Shown: one piece after another, positions 62,119 through 64,000 of the stretch
Position numbering within the stretch: position 1 is the stretch's first letter
Layout of the letters: the number at the start of each line of letters is the position of its first letter
Source: Mobula hypostoma
Lineage: Eukaryota
Length of the DNA: 64,000 nt
Direction: 5' to 3'
Assembly (NCBI RefSeq): GCF_963921235.1
Contig: NC_086100.1
Coordinates: 53,320,001 to 53,384,000, forward strand
The notes under the pieces: model-generated
Told to the model about the DNA's origin: nothing
Seen by the model: the letters and a program-made list of their open reading frames with translations, nothing else
Database searches by the model: none
Translations under genes and position numbers: made by a program

Positions 62119-64000
62119 TTAATGGTTTTCCAACACGTTCTCAGTGTCTTTTGCTACGCTCTCAGAGTTTTCTGCCTTTGTGTTTCCTCCGGGTATGTTT
62201 TCATCAGCTGTGGTCAGGTCTGGCCTGGCCGGCTGGTGTTCCTCTCTTAGGTTCTCTGTAATTACAAGGTTACTGGGTACACTTGGTCCCCCTCTCTGTC
62301 TGTGGGAGCAACAAGAGGGTGAGTCGTATGCTTTAATCTGAGTCCAGTGTTTCCACTGGCTGCCTCGCCGAGTCTGTAAACAGACACACATATCATTGGT
62401 TAAGAGTACTGTCTGTGGTGCTATCCACCTGGGGGCAAAACCTGACCTTTCCGGCAGCACCCTCACCATGACTTGGTCGCCAGGCTGTGGAAGGACGATC
62501 TCCCTTCCCACTGGTGCTCTCTGATCAGCGATGTGCTGTTGTTGTTTCGCTTGGTCCTTCAACACTTTTAAGTTGGTTACAAAGTTCTTTTACTTATTGG
62601 GTCATTCTATCCCTGTAAGCCTCAGGCTCACCACAACCTGTAATTACCCCATAAGGGAGTCGCATTGCTCACCACATCAATAATTCGTAGGGGCTGAGAC
62701 CCAATGTGCAGTTCGGGGTTGCACGCAATCTCATCAGGATTCCTGGTAATACATCAACCCATGTCTTTCCTGTCTCAGCTATAGCCTTGGCTAACGCATT
62801 CTTGATTGTTCGGTTCATCCTTTCTACCATCTCTGAACTCTGGAGGTGGTAGGGTACGTGGAACCGTTGTCGCATCCCTAGCAGTTGACACATTTCCTTC
62901 ATCACTTTCCCCGTGAAATGTGCTCCCTGATCTGAATCCACCTGAACTGAGGGTTCCCCACCTTGGGAGGATTTCCTGAGCTAGGATCCATGCAGCGGTG
63001 CGGGCGGTGCAGTCCCTTGTTGGGAAAGCCTCCACCCACCGGGTGAAGTGATCCATGATTACTAGACAGTAGCTTCCCCCCCTGCTTTCTGGCAGGGGCC
63101 CTGTGAAGTCTATCTGGATGTTTTCCCAGGGTCCCCTCGGCCGAGGCTGATTTGCCAGCTGTAGCTTTCTGCCCTTACCAGGGTTATACTGGGCACAAAT
63201 GATACAACGGTGGCAGAATTTCTCAACATCCCCGCCCATCCCTGGCCACCACCAGTCCTGCCGAAGGGTTGTGATCATGTTCTGCCTTCCATTACACATC
63301 GCCCCATGATATAACTTTAGTAGTATCTGTCTAATACAGAGTGGGGCCACCGTGACTCTTTCCTCCCCATGTGTCCAGCACCCATCTGATCTCTCCTTTG
63401 CTCCTTTTCTCCTCCATTTTTCCTTCTCTTCTGCCTCTACCTCTCCATATAATTTTACTAAGCTGGCTTCTGTCGTTTCCTTCTGCACACTTGCAATTTC
63501 AATTGCCTCTTGTTCCCCTGCTGCCTTATTCGCAGTAATGTCTGCCCTCGGAGGAACTGGGAAAACTTTATGTTCTGGAGTGGCCGTAGTCTCTCTGAGT
63601 ATCCCCTGGTGTTTTTGTTCCTTCGCTATACCCTAAACAGTGGTCAGTGTGTCAGTTTGTATAGGGTCCTGCTTAGGGGGGTTTATACAGACCCTCCTCT
63701 ATTTTAACTGGGTTTATTTCTACTCGACCACAATCTTGCTTGTGTGTAACCCACACTGCTGGGAACTGCTGACAAGGTAACCCATAGACACCATCCTGGC
63801 TCCAGTCTCTGACGATCGGGGCAGCTGCGACTATGCTAGGCAGGTTGTGTATTCTGTTGGTTGTGCGCGTTCGCTGCCCCTGACTCGTCCATATTATTTC
63901 TCCCTTTCCCAAATCTGTAACAGCTCCAGCTTCCCGTAGGATGTCTATTCCAAGGATCGTGCCCTCATTATTTGGACATACCCAGAAATACACTGGAAGC
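62119..64000 (-). pseudogene. Endogenous retrovirus pol remnant: protease end, RT N-terminus, integrase (RT core and RNase H absent)
   Basis: TILGIDIL (protease); W..HKQDCG, PKQDPI, QGIL, VFPV (RT N-terminus); ADITANKAA (RNase H last helix); H..C..C zinc finger, WENIQIDFTGPLP, SDQG, VERMNRTIK and PGDQV..PRW integrase motifs; several frameshifts and stops. Confidence 0.88.

Noticed and set aside
54220-64000. GMPS, the expected head-to-head neighbour
   Set aside because: No exon with GMP-synthase motifs recognised; the region is almost all repeats, so the gene may lie beyond the window.

Overview
Eukaryotic, intron-rich vertebrate DNA; the repeat content (CR1, Rex1/Babar, RTE, Penelope-like elements, V-SINEs) suggests a cartilaginous fish, probably a ray (inference). 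Two protein-coding genes lie on the minus strand in the order known from mammals. SLC33A1 (ER acetyl-CoA transporter AT-1) is complete: 6 coding exons, 26455-51797, 538 aa, CpG-island promoter at about 53.6-54.2 kb. A C3orf33 orthologue contributes exons 1-4 (12906 down to 1955); its last exon lies beyond the window start. Much of the remainder is decayed transposable elements, often nested. Most notable: (1) Penelope-like elements whose pseudo-LTRs carry minimal type-I hammerhead ribozyme motifs, with two intact copies in a 186-bp inverted repeat inside a C3orf33 intron; (2) an endogenous retrovirus in which the RT core and RNase H are deleted in frame while protease and integrase remain, with no room for env; (3) a perfect UPRE/XBP1-type element in the SLC33A1 promoter. 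All coordinates and translations were read by hand, and no database searches were run.
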